Shown in pieces: positions 38,592 to 47,670 of a DNA stretch of 64,000 nucleotides (positions are counted from its first letter, which is position 1; each line of letters begins with the position of its first letter). Source of the DNA: Oligoflexia bacterium (GTDB lineage: Bacteria; Bdellovibrionota; Bdellovibrionia; JABDDW01). The position numbers were made by a program, and so were the translations under genes. The notes under the pieces are model-generated. The model was not told the origin of the DNA and did no database searches. It worked only from the letters and a program-made list of their open reading frames with translations. The stretch is from NCBI GenBank assembly GCA_043732305.1, contig JAYTHU010000102.1, forward strand, positions 59,750-123,749. Reading direction: 5' to 3'.

Positions 38592-39001
38592 TTCTTTTTA
38601 CCGTCGGCTTCAGTCGCCAGCGCAAATTTTCTCACGCCAATTTGGCGAGCTACGTCCATGACTTTAACCACCAAGCCGTAACTGACTCCTTGATCGGCAT
38701 TCACAACAACCACACTTTGTGGAGCATCATGCATTTCATAGGCGAGCTGACTCCCTAAAGTTTCTAAACTCACCGGAGATTTGTTTAAAAAAATTTCTCC
38801 GCCCGTTCGAATAGTCAAAATAAAATCTTGCTTGATGGCTTCAGGGTTAGCCGCCGTTTTAGGAAGACTCACCGGCATTGAATTTATTCTGGTCATCGAA
38901 AGCGATTGCACCATGAAAAAGACCAAGAGAAAAAAGATAACATCGATCATCGGAATGATTTCAATGCGTGCTTTTTTTATCGGTCTTTGTCTGATTTTCA
39001 T
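38588..39001 (-). CDS. exbD: Biopolymer transport protein ExbD
   Basis: IIPMIDVIFFLLVFFM, ADQGVSYG.VV.VMD. Confidence 0.92.
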   Translation of the reverse strand: MKIRQRPIKKARIEIIPMIDVIFFLLVFFMVQSLSMTRINSMPVSLPKTAANPEAIKQDFILTIRTGGEIFLNKSPVSLETLGSQLAYEMHDAPQSVVVVNADQGVSYGLVVKVMDVARQIGVRKFALATEADGKKK

Positions 39002-39633
39002 TTGTTGGTGCGCTCGTGAGCCATTCTAAATTCCACAAGTTTGCTAGCTGCTGCTTCCACTTCATAAATAAATTCTTTTATTTTCTGTGAGAGATAATTG
39101 TAAGCAACCAAGCAAATGAGCGCGATGATGAGTCCCGTGGCGGTAGCAATCAAAGCTTCAGCAACACCGCCAGTGATTGCATTGGGTTCATTCACACCTT
39201 TTTCAGAAAGCACGCGAAAGGACCCCATCATTCCAGTGATTGTTCCAAGTAACCCCATCAATGGTGCCGCGGTGATAACCGTATCGATAATTTCGATTCG
39301 CTTTTCTAGAAGAGGCATCCATTCTTCAGCTTGATTTTTCATCGCCAATTCCATTTCGGCAACGGGATTGCTAAAATGTCCGACTCCACATGAAAGTACT
39401 GAGGCCACTGGCGTTTCAAATTTTCCGCAAATCGTTTCAACTGCGGAAAAATCTCCATCTTTAACTTTTTTCAAAACATCGCGAACTAGATTTTGCGGGG
39501 TCAAATATCGTTTGCGAAAGGAATAAACTCTTTCAAAAATGACGGCAAAGGCGATCAGTCCTGAGATGAGAAGCGGATACATCATGAACCCACCTCTGAA
39601 AATAAACTCTACGCCGGACACTAGTGAATGCAT
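38998..39633 (-). CDS. exbB: Biopolymer transport protein ExbB
   Basis: APLMGLLGTITGM, GGVAEALIATATGL; start MHSLV after GGAG. Confidence 0.92.
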   Translation of the reverse strand: MHSLVSGVEFIFRGGFMMYPLLISGLIAFAVIFERVYSFRKRYLTPQNLVRDVLKKVKDGDFSAVETICGKFETPVASVLSCGVGHFSNPVAEMELAMKNQAEEWMPLLEKRIEIIDTVITAAPLMGLLGTITGMMGSFRVLSEKGVNEPNAITGGVAEALIATATGLIIALICLVAYNYLSQKIKEFIYEVEAAASKLVEFRMAHERTNK

Positions 39634-39740
39634 TAGCCACTCTCCTCCGGATTTTTTTCCGGAATTCATCGTCATTTAACAACTTGCAAGGCCTCTTATT
39701 GAATGCCATGATCCGAACAGAAAATCCAGGGGGTTCTTCG

Positions 39741-41936
39741 ATGCTCGCGGCCATACTTTTGTTCTTTTCTGTTCAAGTGTTCGCCGCGGAAGCTCCACCT
39801 GGCGCGGCCCCTGAAACTCCACCCGAAGCTCCAAAAGAAATAATTCTCAACGTTCACGCCAAAAAAAAACTCACTCAGAGCTCCAGTTCAGTAAGTAGTT
39901 CCCAAATAGACAAGAGCGACATAGAAATGCTCCCGCAAGGGGACAATATCAAACTGCCAAAACTTATGGCAACGACCACTCCTGGAATTGTCTCTGGACC
40001 GTTCGGACAAAGTTATATTCGCGGGAATCACGCCAACATTCAATATCAAATTGACGGCGTACAACTTCCGGATTCGCCATCAAATACTTTTGGTGACGCC
40101 TTCACCCCTCGAAATATTGACCACATGGAAGTTATCACTGGCGGAATTCCAGCAGAATTTGGTGAGCGACTGGGAGGCGTAGTCAACATTGTCACAAAAA
40201 CTGGAAGTGAAACTCCTGGCGGAACTCTAGAATTCGATTACGGAAGCTACAATACTTCCTCGCCTTCCCTGATTTATAGCGGAAGCAACTCTAACGGTGA
40301 TGTTCACTACTTCTTATCTGCAGGATACACTCGAACCGATCGTGGCTTAGACACTCCCCAACCTGATTCCACAAGCAACATCACCAAAGGCGGATGGGCT
40401 GCTGTTCACGATTTTTCCTGGGGCACAAATGAGTTTGCCAAAATAGATTGGCAAGTGAACAATTCAAACAAAGTTTCATTTGTACTTTTTAATTCTTACA
40501 CCTCTTATCAAATTCCGAATTTTCCTTCTAATTTTTCATCTCAAGATCCCTACTTCCAGCAAAATTATCAGGATCAGTTCGGCAACGGACCGGTAAATTG
40601 GGTTCCATCAACAACCGATGACACTCAACAATCCATGGATTCTTATTTGCAAATCGTCTGGAAGCACAATCTGAGTGATACCTCGTTTGTCCAGATTGCA
40701 CCCTATTACAAATATTCTTACATCGGCGTGAAGAATGATTCCGCAAATGATCTCGCATCAAGCTTTGTGGGACCAAATCAAATCGCGGGCGCAACTCCAT
40801 CCACGTTTACAGAAAGTCGTCCGGTTAATAATATTGGTTTAAAAGGAGATTATTCAGAACGATTTATCTCCGGCGATGGGACAACTAGCGCGGGCCATTT
40901 GTTAAAACTCGGATTCCAAGGACAATTTTCTCAAGCCACGGGTGGAATCAGTGCCACAACCACTCAACCTGTAAGCATAGGTGTAGCTCCAAGTTTTTCA
41001 AGCAGTTCTGATTTTGCTGCCGAAACCGGATATTTTGAAAGTATTTATATTCAAGACGATTGGACAATCAGTAAAAATTGGATATTGAACGCTGGCGTTC
41101 GCGGCGATATCACTCAGTTCATGTTTTCTAATGCCAGTCCATCCGATGGATTGATTCAACCACGCATTGGCCTCAATTGGCTTCCCAATGAAACTTTAAA
41201 ATTACATGTGTTTTACGGAAAACTTTTTCAGCCCGCCCCCGTCGAAAATCTACGAGATACCTTTGTAAATTTAGGATCAGCATCAAGTCTCACTGGTTTC
41301 GATGTGAAGGCCGAAAAAGATGATTATTACGAAGTAGGAATCAGTCAACTTTTGGCGGATCACGTTGTTTCGGTGAACACTTATTATAAGAGCGCAACCA
41401 ACATGCTCGATGACACGCAATTGCTCAACACTTCTATTGCTCAGCCCTACAACTTTGCACAGGGTTTTGCGTATGGAACTGAACTTTCCATCAAGGGAAC
41501 CCTTTCTGCGCACTGGTTTGATTTTTTTAACTACGCTTATGAAATCGCCAAAGGAAATGGATTGAGTGGCGGACTTTTCACCAACACCACTCCCTCAACA
41601 GATTGGCAATATTTGGATCACGTCCAGATCTCCACGGCGAATCTTGGAGTTACCTACAAACCTTCCACTAAGTTCTTTACCACCCTGCAATCGCTCTATG
41701 GAAGCGGCTTAAGAACTGGGCCCGGCAACTTCACAAATTTGCCCGGGCACCTCACGTTTGACGCTACTGCGGGCTATAGTTTTCACGGCGAGAGTTGGTT
41801 TGAGCGATTTAAAGTTTCCGTCGATATTTTAAATATTCTCAACAACGCTTATCCAATCACAATCAGTAATGGGTTTAACGGGAATCATTACTCCGCAGGA
41901 AGTGAAGTCATTGTTCATTTGAGCAAAGATATTTAA
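39741..41936 (+). CDS. TonB-dependent receptor
   Basis: Signal peptide from MLAAILL; plug IRGNH...IDGV...EVITGG...GGVVNIVTK; PRIG; NILN. Start uncertain (39708 possible). Confidence 0.9.
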   Translation: MLAAILLFFSVQVFAAEAPPGAAPETPPEAPKEIILNVHAKKKLTQSSSSVSSSQIDKSDIEMLPQGDNIKLPKLMATTTPGIVSGPFGQSYIRGNHANIQYQIDGVQLPDSPSNTFGDAFTPRNIDHMEVITGGIPAEFGERLGGVVNIVTKTGSETPGGTLEFDYGSYNTSSPSLIYSGSNSNGDVHYFLSAGYTRTDRGLDTPQPDSTSNITKGGWAAVHDFSWGTNEFAKIDWQVNNSNKVSFVLFNSYTSYQIPNFPSNFSSQDPYFQQNYQDQFGNGPVNWVPSTTDDTQQSMDSYLQIVWKHNLSDTSFVQIAPYYKYSYIGVKNDSANDLASSFVGPNQIAGATPSTFTESRPVNNIGLKGDYSERFISGDGTTSAGHLLKLGFQGQFSQATGGISATTTQPVSIGVAPSFSSSSDFAAETGYFESIYIQDDWTISKNWILNAGVRGDITQFMFSNASPSDGLIQPRIGLNWLPNETLKLHVFYGKLFQPAPVENLRDTFVNLGSASSLTGFDVKAEKDDYYEVGISQLLADHVVSVNTYYKSATNMLDDTQLLNTSIAQPYNFAQGFAYGTELSIKGTLSAHWFDFFNYAYEIAKGNGLSGGLFTNTTPSTDWQYLDHVQISTANLGVTYKPSTKFFTTLQSLYGSGLRTGPGNFTNLPGHLTFDATAGYSFHGESWFERFKVSVDILNILNNAYPITISNGFNGNHYSAGSEVIVHLSKDI

Positions 41937-42085
41937 TTTCCAAATCAAAAAATTCTAAAACCTTCGGTCGGAATCCGGATATTTTCGTCCGTGGTTTTCG
42001 CACGCCGACGTTTCAGGCCCCACGCCACTCCTGCCCCCTCTTTGCAAAGTCTTCTTCATTATAAACTTTGAAGGAGGTTTGAAAA

Positions 42086-42502
42086 ATGAATGGATTAAAT
42101 AAAGTTATTATCGTTGGAACACTTGGCGCAGATCCTAAATCCCTTACCAGTAGAGAAGGAAAAGGCTTCGCGGCTTTGTCTTTAGCAACAAATCGTTATT
42201 GGAGAACCAAGGATGGTTTACTCGAACGAAAAACGGACTGGCATCGAGTTAATGTCTTCGGAAAAAAAGCTGAAATCTGCTTAGACAATTTGAAAAAGGG
42301 ATTTTCAGTTTGCGTGGAAGGATTTCTTTCAACCTATGAAACCGAGGAACAAGGCAAAAAACGCTGGCACACATCAGTGACCGCTGAAGAAGTCAATTTT
42401 CTCCCTCGACCCAATGCCAATGGATCAGCTGCCGCTGTGTCCGCTGATTTTGGAGGGTTCAATTCGGATACCGGCGAAATCCCCGCAGAATCTTTGAATT
42501 AG
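42086..42502 (+). CDS. ssb: Single-stranded DNA-binding protein (paralogue lacking the DDIPF tip)
   Basis: LNKVIIVG.LGADP, TDWHRV, KKG..V.VEG.L; AAGGAGG RBS; ends EIPAESLN. Confidence 0.9.
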   Translation: MNGLNKVIIVGTLGADPKSLTSREGKGFAALSLATNRYWRTKDGLLERKTDWHRVNVFGKKAEICLDNLKKGFSVCVEGFLSTYETEEQGKKRWHTSVTAEEVNFLPRPNANGSAAAVSADFGGFNSDTGEIPAESLN

Positions 42503-42511
42503 TTTTGAACA

Positions 42512-42616
42512 GACACTGCGGACTGGCTTTTGGTGCCCCACCAGCCTCTCCCCCCAATTGATTTAGGCCCTGACTGCTTTTCTTCGAGCAGTCCCTGAGG
42601 CCATTCCGCAGATGTC
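42512..42616. ncRNA. Candidate structured ncRNA or ssDNA element (three-way junction)
   Basis: Closing stem GACA-CTGCGGA / TCCGCAG-A-TGTC encloses hairpins GGC..TGGTG/CACCA-GCC and GGCC..GACTGCT/AGCAGTC..GGCC, with a C-rich linker. No known family recognised. Confidence 0.5.
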
Positions 42617-42636
42617 ATTTTTAATGCCCGCAATCT

Positions 42637-42663
42637 GATTCTCGGGTTTGAGAACCGAGAATC
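42637..42663. repeat. Perfect 9-bp inverted repeat (hairpin or operator)
   Basis: GATTCTCGG-gtttgagaa-CCGAGAATC. Confidence 0.6.
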
Positions 42664-42756
42664 TAATAGCTCATATGCTCTAGATGAATTCTCAGCTTTA
42701 GGAAATATTAGATACCTATTTACACTAATACTATAGATTTCATATACTTAGCTCTT

Positions 42757-42772
42757 TGGACCAGCCCTTGCT
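42757..42772 (+). promoter_or_regulatory. Putative sigma54 promoter
   Basis: TGGACCAGCCCTTGCT = GG-N10-GC with TTGC at -12, ~55 nt before the ORF at 42827. Confidence 0.62.
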
Positions 42773-42826
42773 ATAATACATAGTTAAGATGTTTCACAGT
42801 AACTTAACCCTCACTAAGGAGAATTT

Positions 42827-43120
42827 ATGAAGAAGCTTATTTTAATCGCCGCCGGTCTCATGATCAGTGGAGTTGCTTTTGCTCAAGACAGTCAAGTTGG
42901 TCAAGACACTAAAGAAATTCATCAAGACCGAAAAGAGCTCAAACAAGAACGCAAAGACACTCGTCAAGATGAAAAAGCTGAGCAAAAAGATGTCAAAAAT
43001 GGCGACATCAAGGGTGCTCAAGCTGAACAAAAAGACGTCAAAGCTGATCGCGCAGACAAGAAAGCCACCAAGCGCAATCTAGGCCACGACAAAGCTAAAC
43101 GAAGAAGAGACAGCAAATAA
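42827..43120 (+). CDS. Small secreted charged heptad-repeat protein
   Basis: Signal peptide MKKLILIAAGLMISGVAFA; repeated QD.K/E.K units; AAGGAG RBS; followed by a terminator. Confidence 0.85.
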   Translation: MKKLILIAAGLMISGVAFAQDSQVGQDTKEIHQDRKELKQERKDTRQDEKAEQKDVKNGDIKGAQAEQKDVKADRADKKATKRNLGHDKAKRRRDSK

Positions 43121-43144
43121 TATTCTGCTCTTACGGCTAACTTG

Positions 43145-43180
43145 AAAAGGGGGAGGCAAGACGCCTCTCCTTTTTGTTTT
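43145..43180 (+). terminator. Rho-independent terminator
   Basis: AAAAGGGGGAGGC-AAGAC-GCCTCTCC-TTTTTGTTTT. Confidence 0.85.
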
Positions 43181-43265
43181 TGGCAGCTCGTCAATTGCCG
43201 CTTTCCAACCTCTCCGATTTTTGTTAGTTTGACCCCTCGTAAGCTTTAAAAAATCAGGAGATTCA

Positions 43266-44597
43266 ATGGCTTCATCAGTCACGCCGCCAAAATCGACAGA
43301 TCCAATAATACCCATCGACTTCAACGCCCTCATGGCGAAGTTTCATAAAATCACTCGGCAAGAGCGGTTGGAGCGCGTCAAAGTGATTGCGAATCTAGAT
43401 GACGATGATATCTCGCGCTTAGCCGGAGAAATTCCCGTTCCGATTGAAATCGCCGAAAACTTAGTTGAAAACGTTCTTGGTTATTTTCCGATTCCTTTTG
43501 GTGTTGCTACCTATTTCAGAATCGACGGAAAAAATATTCTCATCCCTATGGCCGTCGAAGAAACTTCTATCATTGCTGCTGCCAGTGCCACGGCTAAATG
43601 GGTTGCCACAACAGGAGAAATAAGAACTTGGGCCGAAGGCAAACTTATCATCGGGCAAATCCAAATCCCTCACTGCCAAAATATTTCAAAAACAATTGAA
43701 GTGCTCGCGCAAAACCGCTTGGAACTTATTGATCACTGCAATAGTTTTTTGCCTGGACTCGTCGCTCGCGGCGGAGGCGTTAGAAATTTAGAATTCAGAA
43801 GAGTTCCTCGTGATGATCAACGTGGAGAGATGCTTGTTATCCACGTTCTCTGCGACCCATGCGATGCGATGGGGGCAAACCTCATCAATCAGGTTTGCGA
43901 AAGCATGAAACCAGAGATCGAACTTCTCACGGGCGAGCAAGTTGGGCTCTGCATTCTTTCAAATCTAGTTGACGGAAAATTAGTCGTCTGCGAAGTGACG
44001 ATCAGAAATATCGACCCTTCTTTAGGCCTTGGAATTCAGGAAGCGGCGCATTTTGCAAAATCTGATCCGTATCGTGCAGCGACACACAATAAAGGAATTT
44101 TGAACGGTATTGACCCCATTTTAATTGCGACAGGAAATGACTGGCGCGCAGTAGAGGCAGGCATTCATGCCTATGCAGCACGCACTGGAAAATATCAACC
44201 CGTCTCGGATTGGAAAATGGTTGGAAATAATTTGGTTGGCCGATTAGAAGTTCCAATGGCTGTAGGAATTGTGGGCGGAGTAACGAGAGTTCATCCACTC
44301 GCGAAAATCTCTTTGAAAATTTTGGGAGTGAATTCCGCAGAGGAACTCGCGCGTATTTGTGCGGCAGTTGGACTAGTTCAGAATCTTGGGGCTCTCAAAG
44401 CTTTATCCACTGTGGGTATTGTCAAAGGGCACATGAATTTACACACCACTAATTTGGCCTTCGCTGCTGGAGCGAGCATTCATGAAATCACGGAAGTCAG
44501 TCGTCGATTGGCTGAAGCCTTAAAAGTGGAAAGACACGTGTCTTTGAGTCGCGCTAAAGAGATTCTTGAGACTGTCAGGTCATCGAGTTCCATATGA
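43266..44597 (+). CDS. mvaA: HMG-CoA reductase (class II)
   Basis: ENVLG, PMAVEETS, DAMGAN, RAATHNKGILNG, GIVKGHMNLH. Confidence 0.94.
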   Translation: MASSVTPPKSTDPIIPIDFNALMAKFHKITRQERLERVKVIANLDDDDISRLAGEIPVPIEIAENLVENVLGYFPIPFGVATYFRIDGKNILIPMAVEETSIIAAASATAKWVATTGEIRTWAEGKLIIGQIQIPHCQNISKTIEVLAQNRLELIDHCNSFLPGLVARGGGVRNLEFRRVPRDDQRGEMLVIHVLCDPCDAMGANLINQVCESMKPEIELLTGEQVGLCILSNLVDGKLVVCEVTIRNIDPSLGLGIQEAAHFAKSDPYRAATHNKGILNGIDPILIATGNDWRAVEAGIHAYAARTGKYQPVSDWKMVGNNLVGRLEVPMAVGIVGGVTRVHPLAKISLKILGVNSAEELARICAAVGLVQNLGALKALSTVGIVKGHMNLHTTNLAFAAGASIHEITEVSRRLAEALKVERHVSLSRAKEILETVRSSSSI

Positions 44598-45634
44598 GTT
44601 ACTCCGTGGAATCAATCACCACATCTACTGCCTTCTACCAAAAGCATTTGGATCAGGTCAGCCGCAGTTTTGCATTTTGCATCAAAGAATTGCGCGAACC
44701 TTTTAAAAATCGCGTAGCCATTTCTTATCTTTTATGTCGCATGCTGGACACACTTGAGGACTCAGCTTTTGAAAATATTGATCTTAAATTTGAACAAATA
44801 GAAATGTTTGAGAATTTCATATTGGCTCGCCCTCAAGAAACTGAAGTTGCATTATGGCAGGAAAGCAATCCAACTTCAGCTTTGGCGGATGAACTTTTGT
44901 TGCTGAAAGACACATTTCATATTGTTTCAGAACTCCATTCACTTCCAGAGAAACAAAAACAGATCATCCAAAATACGGTTTTAAAAATGGCTGAAGGCAT
45001 GAAATTGTTTTTAAAGAAAGCAGAAAAACAAAATCCAGTTGAAGGCGAAAATTCCGAGCTCGTCCTGAATTCATTGGCTGAAGTGAATGAGTATTGCTTT
45101 TACGTGGCTGGAATTGTTGGCGAAATGCTGACAAGACTCATGGCTACGGTGGATAGCGCCTTTGTAGCGAGTGAAGCAAGAATTTTCAAAGCTCATCAGT
45201 TCGGTTTGTTTCTCCAGAAAATAAATTTGCTCAAAGATCAAATTAAAGATGAAAAACTTGGTAGAAGGCTCGTTCCGTCGAGAGAGGAATTATGGAAAAG
45301 TCTAGATTCAGATGCTGAAGGTGCCGTGCAATATCTGCTAGATATTCCAGTCGAAGAAAAAGAATTTCGCCTATTTTGTGGGTGGAGTTTATTTTTAGGA
45401 ATGGCGTCACTTCGCTGGATCAGCATCTCATGGACAACCAAAATCTTTGAAAAAATACCGCATGGATTGACCGAAAAACTTCTTGGACAAGTGACCACTA
45501 TTATTACTGATAACGCTGCTCTTATTGAACTGTTTTCCAAAATGAAACAGAACGCTGGCATCGAAACCGGCTTTAGTCCTGAGCCACCACAAACTATTTC
45601 TTTCATAATCCAAAATTTCCCTGCAGAAGTGTGA
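44594..45634 (+). CDS. Squalene/phytoene synthase family protein (squalene-synthase-like)
   Basis: VSRSF flap, YLLCRMLDTLED, YCFYVAGIVG, FGLFLQKINLLKD..KD...GR..VP. Confidence 0.85.
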   Translation: MSYSVESITTSTAFYQKHLDQVSRSFAFCIKELREPFKNRVAISYLLCRMLDTLEDSAFENIDLKFEQIEMFENFILARPQETEVALWQESNPTSALADELLLLKDTFHIVSELHSLPEKQKQIIQNTVLKMAEGMKLFLKKAEKQNPVEGENSELVLNSLAEVNEYCFYVAGIVGEMLTRLMATVDSAFVASEARIFKAHQFGLFLQKINLLKDQIKDEKLGRRLVPSREELWKSLDSDAEGAVQYLLDIPVEEKEFRLFCGWSLFLGMASLRWISISWTTKIFEKIPHGLTEKLLGQVTTIITDNAALIELFSKMKQNAGIETGFSPEPPQTISFIIQNFPAEV

Positions 45635-45635
45635 C

Positions 45636-46631
45636 ATGACAGTGTCTTGCGCGGGAAAAATATTTATTATTGGAGAGTACACTTGTCTTGCTGGAAACCA
45701 GGCCATCGTTTCTGCGCTGAAGCCACGCTATAAACTTCAACCTGGGACCTTGCCGATAAATTTTCATCCTCACTCCCCTGCCCGAAAACTATGGCTTCAA
45801 TATCAAAACGCGAACCTAGACAAGTCAGATTTGAATCTCCAAAAATTAACTTTGCCGAAATTAAATTTTGTAGACCCAATGGATATCACCATGGGTTTTG
45901 GTTCATCTTCTGCTCAGTTTTTATTGAGTTGGAATTGGATCGAAAGAACTCTAGCTCCAACTTCCACTTATAAGCCCCATTCGGTTGAAACAGAAATGGC
46001 GTCGGCAGTAAAACTTCTTAAGGATTATTGGGAAGTCACTGCAGACGATGGAACAGCAACTCTTCGACCATCTGGCTTAGATTTACTCACACAATACTTT
46101 GGCGGAACAAATCTACTCACCGCCACTCAAGTTGTCTCAGCAGATGGCCCAAGCGAAAATCCTTCGATTTCTCGAGCAAAGCTGCCAGCCTGGGAAAATG
46201 ATAAATCGATTTTAATTTTGGCGCACTCCAGGAAAAAAGAAGCCACACACATTCACCTTCAAGAACTGAAGCTAAAAGGATTTCCAGACTCTCATCTTGA
46301 AATGATTTCCAAACTCAATGACAGCGTCACACGAGCTCTTGGTGCATGGAAAAAGTCAGATTCTAAAGACCTCGGCCAAGCATTCAATGAATTTCAATCG
46401 ACACTAAACAAGTACAAAGTAGCATCACTAGAATTTTCAAAACTTGTAAGACATATTTCGGAGATCACGGGAGTGTATGGTGCCAAAGGGTCAGGTGCGC
46501 AAGGCGGCGACTGCATTTTGCTTTTGGTTGAAAAATCAAAACTCTCTGGCATCTCTAAAAGTATCGAGAGTCTTGGTTGTACAGTTTTTATCCCTGAATG
46601 GGATGATCAAGGACTTCTTCTCGCCGAATGA
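45636..46631 (+). CDS. GHMP kinase, probable phosphomevalonate kinase
   Basis: AGKIFIIGEY, GFGSSSA, SGLD, KGSGAQGGD; mevalonate cluster context. Confidence 0.75.
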   Translation: MTVSCAGKIFIIGEYTCLAGNQAIVSALKPRYKLQPGTLPINFHPHSPARKLWLQYQNANLDKSDLNLQKLTLPKLNFVDPMDITMGFGSSSAQFLLSWNWIERTLAPTSTYKPHSVETEMASAVKLLKDYWEVTADDGTATLRPSGLDLLTQYFGGTNLLTATQVVSADGPSENPSISRAKLPAWENDKSILILAHSRKKEATHIHLQELKLKGFPDSHLEMISKLNDSVTRALGAWKKSDSKDLGQAFNEFQSTLNKYKVASLEFSKLVRHISEITGVYGAKGSGAQGGDCILLLVEKSKLSGISKSIESLGCTVFIPEWDDQGLLLAE

Positions 46632-46638
46632 TCGTCCG

Positions 46639-47670
46639 CTAAACTAAGGATAAAAAAAGTTGGCTGAGCTTCACAAAAATAGATTTAAGCTCGGGATATT
46701 TTTCAAGCTCCAAAGAAATGGACAACTTTTCTTTAATCGCCAACATGTAATCGAGACTTGCTTTTTTAGCCCCTGACCGATCAAATATGTCAAGGGCCTC
46801 ATCAATTTGTGCAGCCGAAGTATTTTCTCGTGGAGTTTTTAAAATCTTAGCTAGATTTGCGCGATCAACTTTTAATCCATGTTCATTCACGTGTGCCACA
46901 AAAAAACTTATCTTACCTTCGGATATATCAGAGGCCTTCTGCTCACGTTGTTTTGCACCGTAAAGATCGAGATGATCATCTTGAATTTGAAACAGACGAC
47001 CCAGGTCATCCGCGGCTGATTCGGCAACTGCAATCAAATCACTGTTAACAGCTTCGGAGTTTGTCCCAAGTCCAAGAGCCAGAAGCGAAGATAAAATAGG
47101 GAGTCTAAACAAACCGGACGTCTTTCCCGAAATGACATCAAGATAGCGTCCCACTTTCGGAAATTCTTCAGTTTTCATTAAAAATTCTTGGGACTGGCCT
47201 TCTATCACGTGCAAAGTGGAATCAATGGCCAAAGCAGAAATTTGACTTTTTATATCGATGGGAAAATTTAACTTTTCAAAACATTGAAGAGCGTAGAAAA
47301 ACATCGCATCCCCACTGTTGATCGCTTGTGCAGCGGAGAATTTCATCCAAACAGTTGGTTTTCCGCGCCTAAGTTTGTCGCCATCTTGCAAATCATCATG
47401 AATAAGCGTGGCGTTATGAATGATTTCAATCCCAGCACCTAGTGGGATTGCAAGGGTAAGATCTTTTCCGTAGGCAGCGAAAATATAGAGTGGCAAAAGA
47501 GCGCGCAAACGTTTGCCGCCAGTAGAAAGTTGGTAGCGAGACATCTCGACACTCAAAGGTTCAATACCTAAAGTGGTTTTTTTAGCTTTTGCATCCCAAA
47601 ATTCTGTGAAAAATTTTTCAATTTGAGGAAGATACTCGCGATTGATATCTTCAAAAGATCTCTCAGGCAT
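46639..47670 (-). CDS. Polyprenyl (FPP/GGPP) diphosphate synthase
   Basis: GGKRLR, LIHDDLQD...RRGKP, GKTS, FQIQDD, DISEGK. Confidence 0.92.
   Translation of the reverse strand: MPERSFEDINREYLPQIEKFFTEFWDAKAKKTTLGIEPLSVEMSRYQLSTGGKRLRALLPLYIFAAYGKDLTLAIPLGAGIEIIHNATLIHDDLQDGDKLRRGKPTVWMKFSAAQAINSGDAMFFYALQCFEKLNFPIDIKSQISALAIDSTLHVIEGQSQEFLMKTEEFPKVGRYLDVISGKTSGLFRLPILSSLLALGLGTNSEAVNSDLIAVAESAADDLGRLFQIQDDHLDLYGAKQREQKASDISEGKISFFVAHVNEHGLKVDRANLAKILKTPRENTSAAQIDEALDIFDRSGAKKASLDYMLAIKEKLSISLELEKYPELKSIFVKLSQLFLSLV

Noticed and set aside
41967..42009. Short nested inverted repeats upstream of ssb (GTCGG/CCGAC, CGGA/TCCG), reminiscent of single-strand promoters
   Set aside because: Stems are only 4-5 bp and could arise by chance.
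42041..42046. TTTGCA upstream of ssb as a sigma54 -12 element
   Set aside because: The -24 position reads TG rather than the invariant GG.
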